Source: an uncultured Bacteroidales bacterium
GTDB taxonomy: Bacteria; Bacteroidota; Bacteroidia; Bacteroidales; JAIPAH01
Reading direction: 5' to 3'
Assembly (NCBI GenBank): GCA_964465045.1
Contig: CAYXJS010000002.1
Coordinates: 1-60,259 of the forward strand
DNA: 60,259 nucleotides
Both the position numbers and the translations under genes were made by a program. Shown here one piece after another: positions 18,527 through 28,508 of this stretch (position 1 is its first letter; each line of letters begins with the position of its first letter). The notes under the pieces are model-generated. The model was given only the letters and a program-made list of their open reading frames with translations, made no database searches and was not told the DNA's origin.

Positions 18527-19612
18527 GTGGAAATTGTTTCCCTGACAGCGCAAGATATTTTTTATAAGTTTGCATCACAAAATTATAAAAACGTGGAAAA
18601 AACAAAAATAGAGACCCTGAAAACCAAGTTACAGCCTCAAGCACCCATCGTTATCACCTCACATATGCATCCCGACGGTGATGCGGTTGGATCAGCACTG
18701 GCTTTACATCACTATCTGTCTAAGCAGGGATTCATCTCACAGGTCATTCTTCCCGACAATTTTCCCCGCTTTTTAAAGTGGATGGAAGGGAGCAAAAATA
18801 TTTTAATATATGATAATCATCCCGAAAAGGCCAGGTTGGCAATAGATAAAGCCAGCCTGTTGTTTTGTGTGGATTATAACGATATGAACCGCACAAACCA
18901 CATGGAAAAAACATTAAAAGAAGCCAGCAGTTATAAAGTCATGATCGATCATCACCCGGATCCTGTGGTATCGCAGTTTGACCTTGCTTTTTCATATCCG
19001 GATTATTCCTCTACTGCCGAGATTGTGTTTTACATGTTCCAGGATATAACTCCCGGAGTTTACATTTGTAAACACACAGCAGAAGCCTTGTATGCGGGTA
19101 TCATGACCGATACAGGTTCGTTTCGGTTTAGTAGCACAACCCGCCGTACCTTCCTGGCGGCGGCGCATTTGGTTGAGCGAGGCGTGGATGTGGCGCTCCT
19201 GAATCACCGGGTGTATGATACATATTCGGAAAAGCGACTACGCTTGCTGGGTTTTTGCCTGAGTGAGCGCCTGGTAGTGTTACCGGCGTTTTCTACGGCT
19301 TATATTTATCTATACAAGGCTGATATGGAACGATTCGATTACCGCTCCGGAGATACGGAAGGTTTGGTGAATTATGGGTTGTCAATTGAAGGGATTAATT
19401 TTGCTGCGCTTTTTACGGAGAAAAATGGGGAGATTAGGCTTTCGTTGCGCTCTAAAACTCAATTTTCTGTGAATGATTTTGCCCGGAACCATTTTGGTGG
19501 CGGCGGACATGAAAGGGCTGCCGGGGCTTCAAGTGATAAAAGCATGGCAGATACGATTGCTTTGTTTCGTTCGTTATTACCACAATACAAAGCGAAGTTA
19601 AATGTACTTTAA
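18527..19612 (+). CDS. nrnA: DHH/DHHA1-family phosphoesterase (NrnA-like oligoribonuclease / pAp phosphatase)
   Basis: Motifs HMHPDGDAVGS, DYND, MIDHHPD and GGGGHERAAGA. The only in-frame start ahead of the conserved core is GTG at 18527. Confidence 0.8.
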   Translation: MEIVSLTAQDIFYKFASQNYKNVEKTKIETLKTKLQPQAPIVITSHMHPDGDAVGSALALHHYLSKQGFISQVILPDNFPRFLKWMEGSKNILIYDNHPEKARLAIDKASLLFCVDYNDMNRTNHMEKTLKEASSYKVMIDHHPDPVVSQFDLAFSYPDYSSTAEIVFYMFQDITPGVYICKHTAEALYAGIMTDTGSFRFSSTTRRTFLAAAHLVERGVDVALLNHRVYDTYSEKRLRLLGFCLSERLVVLPAFSTAYIYLYKADMERFDYRSGDTEGLVNYGLSIEGINFAALFTEKNGEIRLSLRSKTQFSVNDFARNHFGGGGHERAAGASSDKSMADTIALFRSLLPQYKAKLNVL

Positions 19613-20147
19613 ATCGTTGTACCTGGTTTTTTTGATGATGGTTTTAATGCTTGCATGCGGACCATCCGGGAAAGATGAGGACAAAAAAGAAAAGCATTCC
19701 CGAAAAGGACTTGAGGAAGCGCTCATAGAAGCTAATAAATCGGCTGTGGAGGCCGAAAGGGAGATGATACACAATTATGCCCGCCGTTATAGATGGCCGC
19801 TTAAGAAGGCCAAAGGCGTGTATTATGCGATATATGAAGAGGGTGACGGACAATCCATTCAAATGGGCGATGAGGTATTGTTTCGGTATAGCCTTAAGCT
19901 CATTAATGGTTCTGAAATTCAGACACGCAGACATCCTGAGTCTTTAATAATAGGAAAAGGAGGCGATGTTGTGAGTGGTTTGCATCGGGCGATGCAGCTT
20001 TTAAGCAAGGGCGACAGGGCTAAGGTAATTGTACCCTCGCATCTTGCTTACGGTCTGGCAGGCGATCAAGACAAAATTCCATCAAAGGCTACCCTGATTT
20101 ATGATATTCAGGTTCTGGATGTCCGACGCGAAAAACCGGGACAATAG
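19602..20147 (+). CDS. FKBP-type peptidyl-prolyl cis-trans isomerase, probable lipoprotein
   Basis: Signal with LMLACG lipobox. FKBP core GDEVLFRYSLKLINGSEI...VIVPSHLAYGLAGDQDKIPSKATLIYDIQVLDV. Overlaps the preceding gene by 11 nt. Confidence 0.88.
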   Translation: MYFKSLYLVFLMMVLMLACGPSGKDEDKKEKHSRKGLEEALIEANKSAVEAEREMIHNYARRYRWPLKKAKGVYYAIYEEGDGQSIQMGDEVLFRYSLKLINGSEIQTRRHPESLIIGKGGDVVSGLHRAMQLLSKGDRAKVIVPSHLAYGLAGDQDKIPSKATLIYDIQVLDVRREKPGQ

Positions 20148-20151
20148 CAAC

Positions 20152-21300
20152 CTACAATCGGTTAATGATATTCAATAATTCCTCAGGCTTAAACGGTTTT
20201 GTAAGATACTCGTCCATGCCGGCATTCAGGCATTTTTGCCTGTCGTGCTCAATTGCATAGGCCGTTACGGCCACAATAGGCGTTTTCTTGTGCTCAAATT
20301 TGGTTTCTTCTTTTCGGATGCGTTGGGTGGTTTCAATCCCGTCGAACAACGGAAGCTGGATATCCATTAAAATGAGATCGTATGTCTTTTGATGAAATTT
20401 ATCCAACGCTACTTTCCCGTTTTCAGCAATTTCAATGGAGTGGCCTGCTTTTAGCAGCGCTGCGGCTACAAATTTTTGATTCAGATAATTATCTTCCACA
20501 AGCAGAATACGTTTTGGTTTATCCGTTTTATACGGATGATTTCCGGTAGCGGGTTCAGATTGTTCTTTTTCAGGTTTTAGCGGGATGTCAATCCAAAACG
20601 CCGAACCGGCTGAAGGCTTGCTGTCAAAGTTGAAACTACCCCCCAATCTCTCACTGATCTCTTTACCCAAAACCAGTCCCAGCCCAATGTCTCCGGATAT
20701 CATAAAGTCGGGCTTATGATTGGATTCCAGTACTTTACGAATCCGTTCCATTTTATCTTCGGGTATTCCTTTGCCGCTGTCCCTAACCATAAAACGTATG
20801 GTAAACTGTCCGGGTTCCCTTTTCAAAATCTCAGCAGAAAGATTCACCCAACCATTTTTGGTATGCTTCAGTGCATTGGAGAGAAACCCCGATAAAACCT
20901 GACGAATCAGCCTGTAGTCACCGGAAAGCTTTTCGGGAACCTCTGTAACATATTCCTGGTTCACTTCCACTTTGTTGTTTTTTGCAAGATACCGGTGTAT
21001 GTTTTCCAGTTCGTTGAATATATCTTTGATGCTGAATGCTTTTTCTTCACTCCGCAATTCGCCTTTAAGCAATGAAGCATATACCGACATGCCCTGCACA
21101 ACGCTGATAAGGTTATTTACCGTTTGTATAACAGTACCGTTGGCTTCATCACCATCTGTCCGGATGTTTTTTATAGATTCCTGGCACATCGCTACGATGC
21201 CATTCATGGGTATAAGCAAATCATGACTTAATTTTTGCAGCAGCCAGGCATGACTTTGATGAATGGCCTGGATGTTATCGGGTTTATCTTTTTTCTTCAT
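20152..21300 (-). CDS. Cytoplasmic hybrid histidine kinase / response regulator (HisKA-HATPase-REC)
   Basis: H-box LSHDLLIPMNGI, N-box FLSNALKHT, G-boxes DSGKGI and GLGLVL. Followed by the receiver ILLVEDNYLN...LILMDIQLPLFDG...VTAYA...YLTKPF. No TM or sensor domain. Its ATG overlaps the stop of the upstream kinase by 1 nt. Confidence 0.9.
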   Translation of the reverse strand: MKKKDKPDNIQAIHQSHAWLLQKLSHDLLIPMNGIVAMCQESIKNIRTDGDEANGTVIQTVNNLISVVQGMSVYASLLKGELRSEEKAFSIKDIFNELENIHRYLAKNNKVEVNQEYVTEVPEKLSGDYRLIRQVLSGFLSNALKHTKNGWVNLSAEILKREPGQFTIRFMVRDSGKGIPEDKMERIRKVLESNHKPDFMISGDIGLGLVLGKEISERLGGSFNFDSKPSAGSAFWIDIPLKPEKEQSEPATGNHPYKTDKPKRILLVEDNYLNQKFVAAALLKAGHSIEIAENGKVALDKFHQKTYDLILMDIQLPLFDGIETTQRIRKEETKFEHKKTPIVAVTAYAIEHDRQKCLNAGMDEYLTKPFKPEELLNIINRL

Positions 21301-24071
21301 CAGGAATCCTTTTCTTTGTTCAAAAACTTGTATAGGGTTGTCAACAGCCTTTGCTGGCTAATGGGTTTAGACATATAATCATCAAAACCTTCCTCCAGCA
21401 AACGCTCCCGGTCGCCCCGCATCGCATAAGCGGTCTGGGCTATAAAGGGAATATTTTCATATTCAGGAAACTTCTTCTTGATATAGTGCATGAGCTTCAC
21501 GCCGTCCCACGGATTAGGCAGGTTGATGTCAAACAGCATAATATCATATATAATGCCCTGCTTGTGAGCTTCTGATATTTTAGCAATGCTAACATCGCCA
21601 TCTTCCCCGTCATCTACATTCCAATCGGATAACATTTTATTGATTACCAACCTGTTCATCCTGTCATCTTCTACCAGGAAGATGCGCACATCCTTTGGAG
21701 CTTTTGTTTGTTCATCTGCCTGCTTATTATCTTTGGTTGGGTGGAGCGACTCCTGTACATGTTGAAATGTTTCTATTGTCGGCAGGTAAATAATGACTGT
21801 GGTACCTTCACTCTTCTTAGATTCGATATCAATCCGTCCGTTCATGAGGTCGAGCAAACGCTTTGCCAGCGGAAGACCCAGTCCGGCACCCTGAAAGGCC
21901 CTGGAATAGCCAAGGCTTTCCTGCCTGAAAGCTTCAAAAACCTTGGGGAGATACTGCTCGTCAATTCCTATCCCCGTATCGCGTACTTTTACAAAAACTT
22001 CCTTCTTTTTCGCATCGTACCCATTGGTGACATTGATAAACCCTTTTTCGGTATATTTCACCGCATTATCCAGCACATCAGATAAGATTTTGGTGACGCT
22101 GTCAGGATCTACATAAGCCATGGGCGTATCTTCAAGTTTAATATTGAGCGACAGATCTTTTTCGCCAGCCTGATACTTATAAATTTCAGCGCTTTTTTCT
22201 ATCAGCTGATTGATATTGGACTCTTGCAGGGTGACTTGCAAATCATTGGCCTCAATGCGGCTGATATCAATAATGTTGTTGAGAAGATGCAATAAACGTT
22301 CGCCGGATTGTTGTATTCCGCTTGCATAACCGTATAGCTCTTCATTTTCCAGAAGCGATAATTCGGTTTCCAGCAAACTCGAGAATCCAATAATACCGTT
22401 TAGAGGTGTGCGGATTTCATGGCTCATGTTAGAAAGAAAGGCGTTCTTCAGATAATTGGCATCTTCGACTTCTTTTAAGGATTTCTTTAATTGAATGTCT
22501 TTTTTCTTATAAGCTTCCACTTGTTTCCGGAGCTCTTTGGTACGCTCATTTACTTTGTCTTCAATTGCTTTATTGATATCATCCTGCTTATCGCGGACTT
22601 TCTTCAACTCTGCCTCCATCAATGCATAATCTGCATCGCTTTTTTTCCGTTTTTGCTTCTCGCGATAAAAAAGCCATAGCACGAAAAAGAGTACAAGCAG
22701 CAAAAGTGCGAGCACAGCATACGCCGTTTGCAATTGAGTTTTAGCTTCTTCTGCCATTTGTGCTTGCTTTTCTTCTATGCTTCGCTGCACATCATTGGAG
22801 GCCATCTCAAGTTCTTTTTGTAACACGTGTTCTGAAGCCCGGTATTTGTTATGCAAAACAGTATCAGAATAACGCTGGAAATTGTGCAGCGCCTGATATC
22901 CTTTTTTATAATTACCTACTGCCTGTAGGATTTCATGTTTTAAGCCATAATACTCGCGCAATAGCTTGGCATTATTCTCCTGGATAAGGGTGTTTTCATG
23001 CGTCTCCAGAAATGATAAAGCTTGATTGTACTTGTTTTGTGCAACATAGGATTTGGCTATCCTCAGCGCAACTTTAATTAAGGCTGGCCGGTTTCCAACC
23101 CTGGAATAAATTTCCTGAGCTTTCATCAACTTTTGGCGTGCATTATCGTATTCATTCCTCAAATACAAGATATCCGCAATATTCATCATGGCAAGCGCCA
23201 TGCTGAGGGAATCCTGATTGGAGTTACTCAGCTCCAGGACTTTGTTAAAATAATTTTCCGCACGGTTGTAATTATAAATTTCGCGATACACCTCACCCAG
23301 ATTGTTGTAAACTATAGCCGTCATCTTTTTATCCGTTACAGGCGAAAATATTTCGTCTGCTTTCTGCAGCATTGTAAGCGCTTTATCGTAGCGTTCCATA
23401 GAACTAAAGAACTTGCCCAGGTTGCTGTAAATAACGCCTTTCATGTAATTCTCCGGAATGGCTTCGATTAAGGCATAAGCCGAGTCGAGATAGGCTAATC
23501 CCTTCTCTGGCTGGCTTTTAAGATAATGTGTTCCGGCGAGATTTGAATACAAAGCCGCCTTAGACGTAGCATCAGCTTCTGTTTTCTTCAGCAAGCGGCC
23601 GGCTTTACTAAAATATTTCAAAGCCAGGTCATATTGGCTTAAAGTCTTGTGAATAACGCCTATGTTGTTGTAGACTGCTGACAGACCATTCTCATCTCCC
23701 TCCTGCAGGAAAAAGTTTGTAGCTTTGGCATAATATTGAAATGCACTGTCTGGCTGGTTTTTATGCATAAATAAATTACCGGAATTTTTAAAAGCATAGG
23801 CTTTCTCTGATGTGTTGTGATGCTTTTCTGCTTCATTGAGCGCTTTTTTGGTCATCAGCGCGGCGCTGTCCTCATCAAAAGAATAGTAATAGCGGGCTAA
23901 TTTGTTAAAAACAGTACTTTTGTCTTCTTCTGGATTTTCTTCTAAAATTTCAAGTAAGCTGTCTGCTGTTTTTTTGCCTATTACTTCTCGCTGTGCGTTG
24001 GCGGGATAAAATACAAAAAAACAGAAAACTAGTAAAAAGGCAAAGGGTAGTGTGCGTATCATAAACAGCAT
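21300..24071 (-). CDS. TPR-repeat hybrid sensor histidine kinase / response regulator
   Basis: Signal/TM, then about 400 aa of TPR-like repeats. TM LALLLLVLFFVLWLF and a long coiled coil follow. H-box MSHEIRTPLNGI, N-box VLDNAVKYT, G-boxes DTGIGI and GAGLGL. C-terminal receiver IFLVEDDRMN...IMLFDINLP...AQTAYA...YMSKPI. Confidence 0.9.
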   Translation of the reverse strand: MLFMIRTLPFAFLLVFCFFVFYPANAQREVIGKKTADSLLEILEENPEEDKSTVFNKLARYYYSFDEDSAALMTKKALNEAEKHHNTSEKAYAFKNSGNLFMHKNQPDSAFQYYAKATNFFLQEGDENGLSAVYNNIGVIHKTLSQYDLALKYFSKAGRLLKKTEADATSKAALYSNLAGTHYLKSQPEKGLAYLDSAYALIEAIPENYMKGVIYSNLGKFFSSMERYDKALTMLQKADEIFSPVTDKKMTAIVYNNLGEVYREIYNYNRAENYFNKVLELSNSNQDSLSMALAMMNIADILYLRNEYDNARQKLMKAQEIYSRVGNRPALIKVALRIAKSYVAQNKYNQALSFLETHENTLIQENNAKLLREYYGLKHEILQAVGNYKKGYQALHNFQRYSDTVLHNKYRASEHVLQKELEMASNDVQRSIEEKQAQMAEEAKTQLQTAYAVLALLLLVLFFVLWLFYREKQKRKKSDADYALMEAELKKVRDKQDDINKAIEDKVNERTKELRKQVEAYKKKDIQLKKSLKEVEDANYLKNAFLSNMSHEIRTPLNGIIGFSSLLETELSLLENEELYGYASGIQQSGERLLHLLNNIIDISRIEANDLQVTLQESNINQLIEKSAEIYKYQAGEKDLSLNIKLEDTPMAYVDPDSVTKILSDVLDNAVKYTEKGFINVTNGYDAKKKEVFVKVRDTGIGIDEQYLPKVFEAFRQESLGYSRAFQGAGLGLPLAKRLLDLMNGRIDIESKKSEGTTVIIYLPTIETFQHVQESLHPTKDNKQADEQTKAPKDVRIFLVEDDRMNRLVINKMLSDWNVDDGEDGDVSIAKISEAHKQGIIYDIMLFDINLPNPWDGVKLMHYIKKKFPEYENIPFIAQTAYAMRGDRERLLEEGFDDYMSKPISQQRLLTTLYKFLNKEKDS

Positions 24072-24922
24072 TATTTTTTTCCTACATAAATATTTTCTAA
24101 TGGATTAATGGCGTATTCCTTCAGATTTGACTTCCATCCGTCCTTTTCAGGATTATGCACTTCAACCTTAAAGCCTTGTTTGGCGAGACGGTATTTGTAA
24201 TCTGCCGCATAAAGCCTTACATGGTCAAACTGGCCGTACCTTGCTTCCCGCTCTTCGTTTGAATCAACAGCTTCCTCCTCGGTTGCTGTGGCCGACATAG
24301 AAACAGGTACCTGCAGGATAGCTTCGCCTCTGGGTTTAAGAATACGGAATATTTCACGCATTGCTTTCCTGTCATCCGGTATATGCTCCAAAACGTGATT
24401 GCAAATCACCAAATCGTATGATTCGTCAGGCTCGGCAATATCCGTTACATCCATTTGCAACACATCCCGGTCATAGTAATAACCAGCGTATCCCTCTTCA
24501 AACTTATCACCGGTACGGTATTCCAGGTTTGGCAAATTCTCCAGCAGATGTTTCAGGCTACCCTCAGGTGCGATATGCAAAACACTAGCCGGCTTGGTCA
24601 AAAACTCAGTTTTTTCTTTAAGGTAAAGATAAATCAGCCGGTCACGATCCGTAGAAAAGCAACGGGGGCATAGCATATTTTTTCTTCTGCCTGCGCTAAT
24701 AATATTTTTTTCATGGATGACAGGATGGTCTTCTCCACCTGGTAACATTTTTCGGAATCGATTATCGCAAAACGGACAATAATATTTATTACCGGAATAA
24801 GCTATTAAAAGCGCTTTTTGGTATAAACCTCTTAATTTAACGCCTGCAGTGTAAGGCAATATTTTTTTCAAAAAGCCTTTCATAGTCTTATTGTTTGATA
24901 ATCGTTCCTGTTTTAATGCCAT
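24071..24922 (-). CDS. Class I SAM-dependent methyltransferase with N-terminal Cys4 zinc-ribbon-like segment
   Basis: CPFCDNRF...CPRC followed by the Methyltransf_11-like core VLHIAPEG...DLVICNHVLEHIPDDRKAMREIFRILKPRGEAILQVP. An alternative ATG at 24883 (MKGFLKK...) would remove the 35-nt overlap with the upstream gene. Confidence 0.8.
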   Translation of the reverse strand: MALKQERLSNNKTMKGFLKKILPYTAGVKLRGLYQKALLIAYSGNKYYCPFCDNRFRKMLPGGEDHPVIHEKNIISAGRRKNMLCPRCFSTDRDRLIYLYLKEKTEFLTKPASVLHIAPEGSLKHLLENLPNLEYRTGDKFEEGYAGYYYDRDVLQMDVTDIAEPDESYDLVICNHVLEHIPDDRKAMREIFRILKPRGEAILQVPVSMSATATEEEAVDSNEEREARYGQFDHVRLYAADYKYRLAKQGFKVEVHNPEKDGWKSNLKEYAINPLENIYVGKK

Positions 24923-26549
24923 CCTTACTCAAAAACCTGTACATATAAGCACCAGAAGGCCAATGAGATGCATCCAACTCTAACTCCTTATTCCGGCAGT
25001 CTGTCATTGAACGGCGAAACATATTTTTTCCGTCGACACTTTGGATGTTTAAATGTACAAAAGATCTGTTGCCCGGTGAAAATTTTATTGAAAAGCTGTT
25101 TTGAAAAGGATTTGGAGAAATATGAACGTGTTTTTGTTCGGATTGTGTTTCCGCAATCCCAACTCCCGGTTTATGCGATTCATATGCCCCGATGTCCCAC
25201 CCTCCGGCATGGGGACGGGAACGCCTTTCAATATCAAAATCAAAGCCCGAAACATCTGTGCCTGCATTTATCGCAGGCGACGATGTTAGCAGGTCATAAT
25301 CATCCTGAGAAGGGTTATCGAAGTAAATATCAGATATATTCACATGTAATAAATTTGATTTTCTGTCAAATTGTGTAACAGATTCTGATATATCAATAAA
25401 AGCGCGGTCTTCTACATCATCATAAGCACCCGGATTGGTAATGATGTTATTATATGCTCTTGCATCGGCTATTTGGTCGTTACGAAACGTGATTCCGGTG
25501 GTTTTCGGACTAACAATCGTGTTGTTATAAAAATAGAGGTATGCATTATCGTCTGTAGCAATGTGGTTGCTGAAAATCCCATGCTTAGCCTTAGAGTGGT
25601 CGCCCGGAAAAAATGATTGTCCGGGCCTGATTATCAAATTGTTGTAAACCATGTAATTCCCTTTGCCCAACGCTTCTATGCCATCGCCCTTTCCATCGGA
25701 AATAACATTATTGTAGCAATCGCACGAGCTTCCCCCGCCAATGAGGATACCACTCATTTGCGATTCCAGGCCATCATGGCTGTCGTACAATACCAGGTTG
25801 TCGTAAATATCACAATCTTTAGTAGCGCTGGAAACCTGTATCGCATCCCATCCTGTACGCTCTAAAACGTTGTTATACACTTCCACACCCTCGTTTACAT
25901 GAGGCAATACCGTTTGGGTTTCTCCGCCACACGTAAGCGTAAAACCCGTGTATTTGGCGCTGCCGATATACATCCCTTCATCGCCGGTATCGTGGATATA
26001 ATTATCATGGATACTGATGTTTCGCTGAGTAAAGTCATCACGCGTAACTTTAATTTCACCGTTTTCGCAATACGGATCCGTTTTAGCTACAAGGCCCGAA
26101 ATGGCTGTATTGGCAATTTCGAGACCTTCAACTTCCACTTTGGAGCTGCGGTCAGTAATTCCGATGCCTGCCCCGTTTTGCACCCTGCGGATATGAATGC
26201 CATAGGTAAACGAATCATCGCCTTTTCCGCTAAGGATAACATTGTTGGAATTTTGAATGGAAATCCCATAAGAATGGTCTGTATCAATCAAAATCTGTCC
26301 GTCATGGTTTTGAATTCGAACCGGCTGTGAGAATCGATCGTCAGGATCGATATTTCGAATCAGGATATACGGTTTTATACCCGCTTCTAAACAAACTACA
26401 TCGCCAGACTGCAATCCAATCTGCTCGCCATCAATAGTTACTTCATCCTCCGTTACAAAATGGTCGCAACTCTGCGTCCTGCCAGTCGCAAAAGATGCAA
26501 TCCACAACAGCATCAAAAAACCTATTTTGCTCTTTTGGCTCTTTCCCAT
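24888..26549 (-). CDS. Right-handed parallel beta-helix repeat protein (polysaccharide lyase/hydrolase-like) with T9SS C-terminal sorting domain
   Basis: Signal peptide and repeated N-x-I/V rungs (IQNSNNVILSG, IHDNYIHD, VYNNVLER, IYDNLVLY, CYNNVISD, VYNNLIIR, FYNNTIVS, AYNNIITN). The C-terminus HISPNPFQNSFSIKF...GAYMYRFLSKDGIKTGTIIKQ is a Por_Secre_tail-type domain. Confidence 0.8.
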   Translation of the reverse strand: MGKSQKSKIGFLMLLWIASFATGRTQSCDHFVTEDEVTIDGEQIGLQSGDVVCLEAGIKPYILIRNIDPDDRFSQPVRIQNHDGQILIDTDHSYGISIQNSNNVILSGKGDDSFTYGIHIRRVQNGAGIGITDRSSKVEVEGLEIANTAISGLVAKTDPYCENGEIKVTRDDFTQRNISIHDNYIHDTGDEGMYIGSAKYTGFTLTCGGETQTVLPHVNEGVEVYNNVLERTGWDAIQVSSATKDCDIYDNLVLYDSHDGLESQMSGILIGGGSSCDCYNNVISDGKGDGIEALGKGNYMVYNNLIIRPGQSFFPGDHSKAKHGIFSNHIATDDNAYLYFYNNTIVSPKTTGITFRNDQIADARAYNNIITNPGAYDDVEDRAFIDISESVTQFDRKSNLLHVNISDIYFDNPSQDDYDLLTSSPAINAGTDVSGFDFDIERRSRPHAGGWDIGAYESHKPGVGIAETQSEQKHVHISPNPFQNSFSIKFSPGNRSFVHLNIQSVDGKNMFRRSMTDCRNKELELDASHWPSGAYMYRFLSKDGIKTGTIIKQ

Positions 26550-27712
26550 TTTACCGACTGACCTCCTTTCATGTACCTTCTTAATCCCAAAAATACGGAA
26601 TAATTCATCATCAGGAAATAATAAGGTATAAACAACAATTTAAAACGCATTTTTCGGTTTTCCAGTATCCATCCTGCCAAAGCGGCAATGTAAAAGATGA
26701 TTTGCAGACCAAAAAGGATTGGATAAAGTTGTGGCGTAAACATACCCTGGTGAATAGCCAATGCCAGGTTCAACAAAAAGATAACCGGCAGGGCAAAGGG
26801 AGCAACAACCCAGCGCAACACCCTGTGGCTGATATATTGAAATGACAACACGCCATATTTGAATGGGTTAAGCAGCGGTTTAAGTCTGGCTACCGATTGA
26901 AATCCTCCCGCTGATATACGCACTTTACGCTTGAGCTCTTCTTTCACATTTTCAGAGGCCGATTCAATGGCATACGCATTTGGGTTGTAGCCGATGCGGT
27001 AACCCTGCATGGCAATGCGCAGGGAAATGATAAAATCGTCCAGCAGCGTATCCTGCTCAACCTCCTGAAACAAGGGTTTACGAATGGCAAAGAGTTCACC
27101 GGCGGCACCTACCACAGAATAGAGTTCAAAGTCCCATTTCTTCAGGGTAGATTCATATTTCCAGTAAATTCCTTCGCCGGCACTTGCAGCCACATCAGCA
27201 TCTTTTCCGGCAATTCGTTTTTCTCCTGAGACACAGCCCACGGAAGGGTCTTTAAACAAGTTCACGATTTCCCGGATGGAATCCTTGCCCAGCATGGTGT
27301 TACCGTCAGAAAAAATCACAATATCCGTTTTCACAAACTGCATACCGCGGTTCATGGCGCCAATTTTACCGCCACGCTCATCTTTATGATATACTTCCAC
27401 GCCGTTATGCTTTTTTAGCAGCTCAGGTGTACCATCGTCAGAGCCATCCGTAACCCAAACCTGATGAATTTTTTCTTTCGGGTAATTCAGCGAAAACCCG
27501 TTTTTCACTTTATCATCCACATAGTCTTTTTCATTATAGGCAGCTACAAAAAGGGTGACGTGCGGCTCATAATCCTGTTTTATACCTTCAGTTTTACCCT
27601 GCCTGAAGAGTCGTTTCAGTTTAATCAGAAAAAACAGCAAGATGCCATAGCCGAGGTAACTATAAAACACAATAAACAGCAGAACCCAGAAAACAATCTC
27701 AATGCTTTTCAT
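26522..27712 (-). CDS. Membrane-embedded family-2 glycosyltransferase (synthase-like topology)
   Basis: N-terminal TM and GT2 core (FVAAYNE, TDGSDDGT, FSDGNT), then about 4 C-terminal TM helices. Confidence 0.85.
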   Translation of the reverse strand: MKSIEIVFWVLLFIVFYSYLGYGILLFFLIKLKRLFRQGKTEGIKQDYEPHVTLFVAAYNEKDYVDDKVKNGFSLNYPKEKIHQVWVTDGSDDGTPELLKKHNGVEVYHKDERGGKIGAMNRGMQFVKTDIVIFSDGNTMLGKDSIREIVNLFKDPSVGCVSGEKRIAGKDADVAASAGEGIYWKYESTLKKWDFELYSVVGAAGELFAIRKPLFQEVEQDTLLDDFIISLRIAMQGYRIGYNPNAYAIESASENVKEELKRKVRISAGGFQSVARLKPLLNPFKYGVLSFQYISHRVLRWVVAPFALPVIFLLNLALAIHQGMFTPQLYPILFGLQIIFYIAALAGWILENRKMRFKLLFIPYYFLMMNYSVFLGLRRYMKGGQSVKWERAKRAK

Positions 27713-27713
27713 A

Positions 27714-28496
27714 TTAGTTGGATTTTTTGGTTGCCATGTTCAGGTCGTCTACCCGCGAAAACTCGAAGTTGCCAATGCGGTTGAGCGCCTTCTTTATCGG
27801 GCCTTCTTCAGAATGTACACTTTCAAGGACAATCAGAATGTGCTTTTGAGCTTTCAGAAACTCAACAGCTCCTTCTATCACATCTACTTCCATGCCTTCC
27901 GTGTCGATCTTCATCAGCACTTTATCGTCTGGAGCAATACTCAAATCTCTGTAAAGATGATCAAACGGGGAAATCTGCACGGATATGCAATTGCCATTTT
28001 CCGGAGTCGGGTCTTTAATAATGTGCGAAGCGCCGGTATTAACCGGGTTAAAGTAAAACTCTGCGGTCTCCTTTTTTCGTCCCAGCCCCACATTAAAAAA
28101 CCTGACTTTGTCTTGCAAGTGATTTAGCAGTAAATTGATATGAAAAGCCCTGAAATTGTCGGGAACGGGTTCAAAAGCCACTACCTTTTTTCCTTTTTGA
28201 GCCATCAAAATGCTGTATGTGCCGATGTTAGCCCCCACATCAATAAATACATCATAATTTTTGTAATGTTCCAGCATAAATTTTTTCACATTCCACTCAT
28301 AAGCCCAATTGGCAAACTGAAAATCGAGCGTGCCTTTGCGCGTATAAAACTCACCCAAATCGCTTTTGTAGAGTTTGTTGGAATAAGATGTTTTTCCTGT
28401 CAGCTCATACTTTATGGCTGTAATGATAAACCGGAATTGCCGGTGACGGATAAAATCCCGCAGATAGCGGGAGAAGGTTATGATTTTTTGGATCAT
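27714..28496 (-). CDS. FkbM-family methyltransferase
   Basis: VFIDVGANIGTYSILMAQKGKKVVAFEPVPDNF and ...KIDTEGMEVDVIEGA... are characteristic FkbM motifs. Confidence 0.85.
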   Translation of the reverse strand: MIQKIITFSRYLRDFIRHRQFRFIITAIKYELTGKTSYSNKLYKSDLGEFYTRKGTLDFQFANWAYEWNVKKFMLEHYKNYDVFIDVGANIGTYSILMAQKGKKVVAFEPVPDNFRAFHINLLLNHLQDKVRFFNVGLGRKKETAEFYFNPVNTGASHIIKDPTPENGNCISVQISPFDHLYRDLSIAPDDKVLMKIDTEGMEVDVIEGAVEFLKAQKHILIVLESVHSEEGPIKKALNRIGNFEFSRVDDLNMATKKSN

Positions 28497-28508
28497 GACA
28501 GCAAATTA

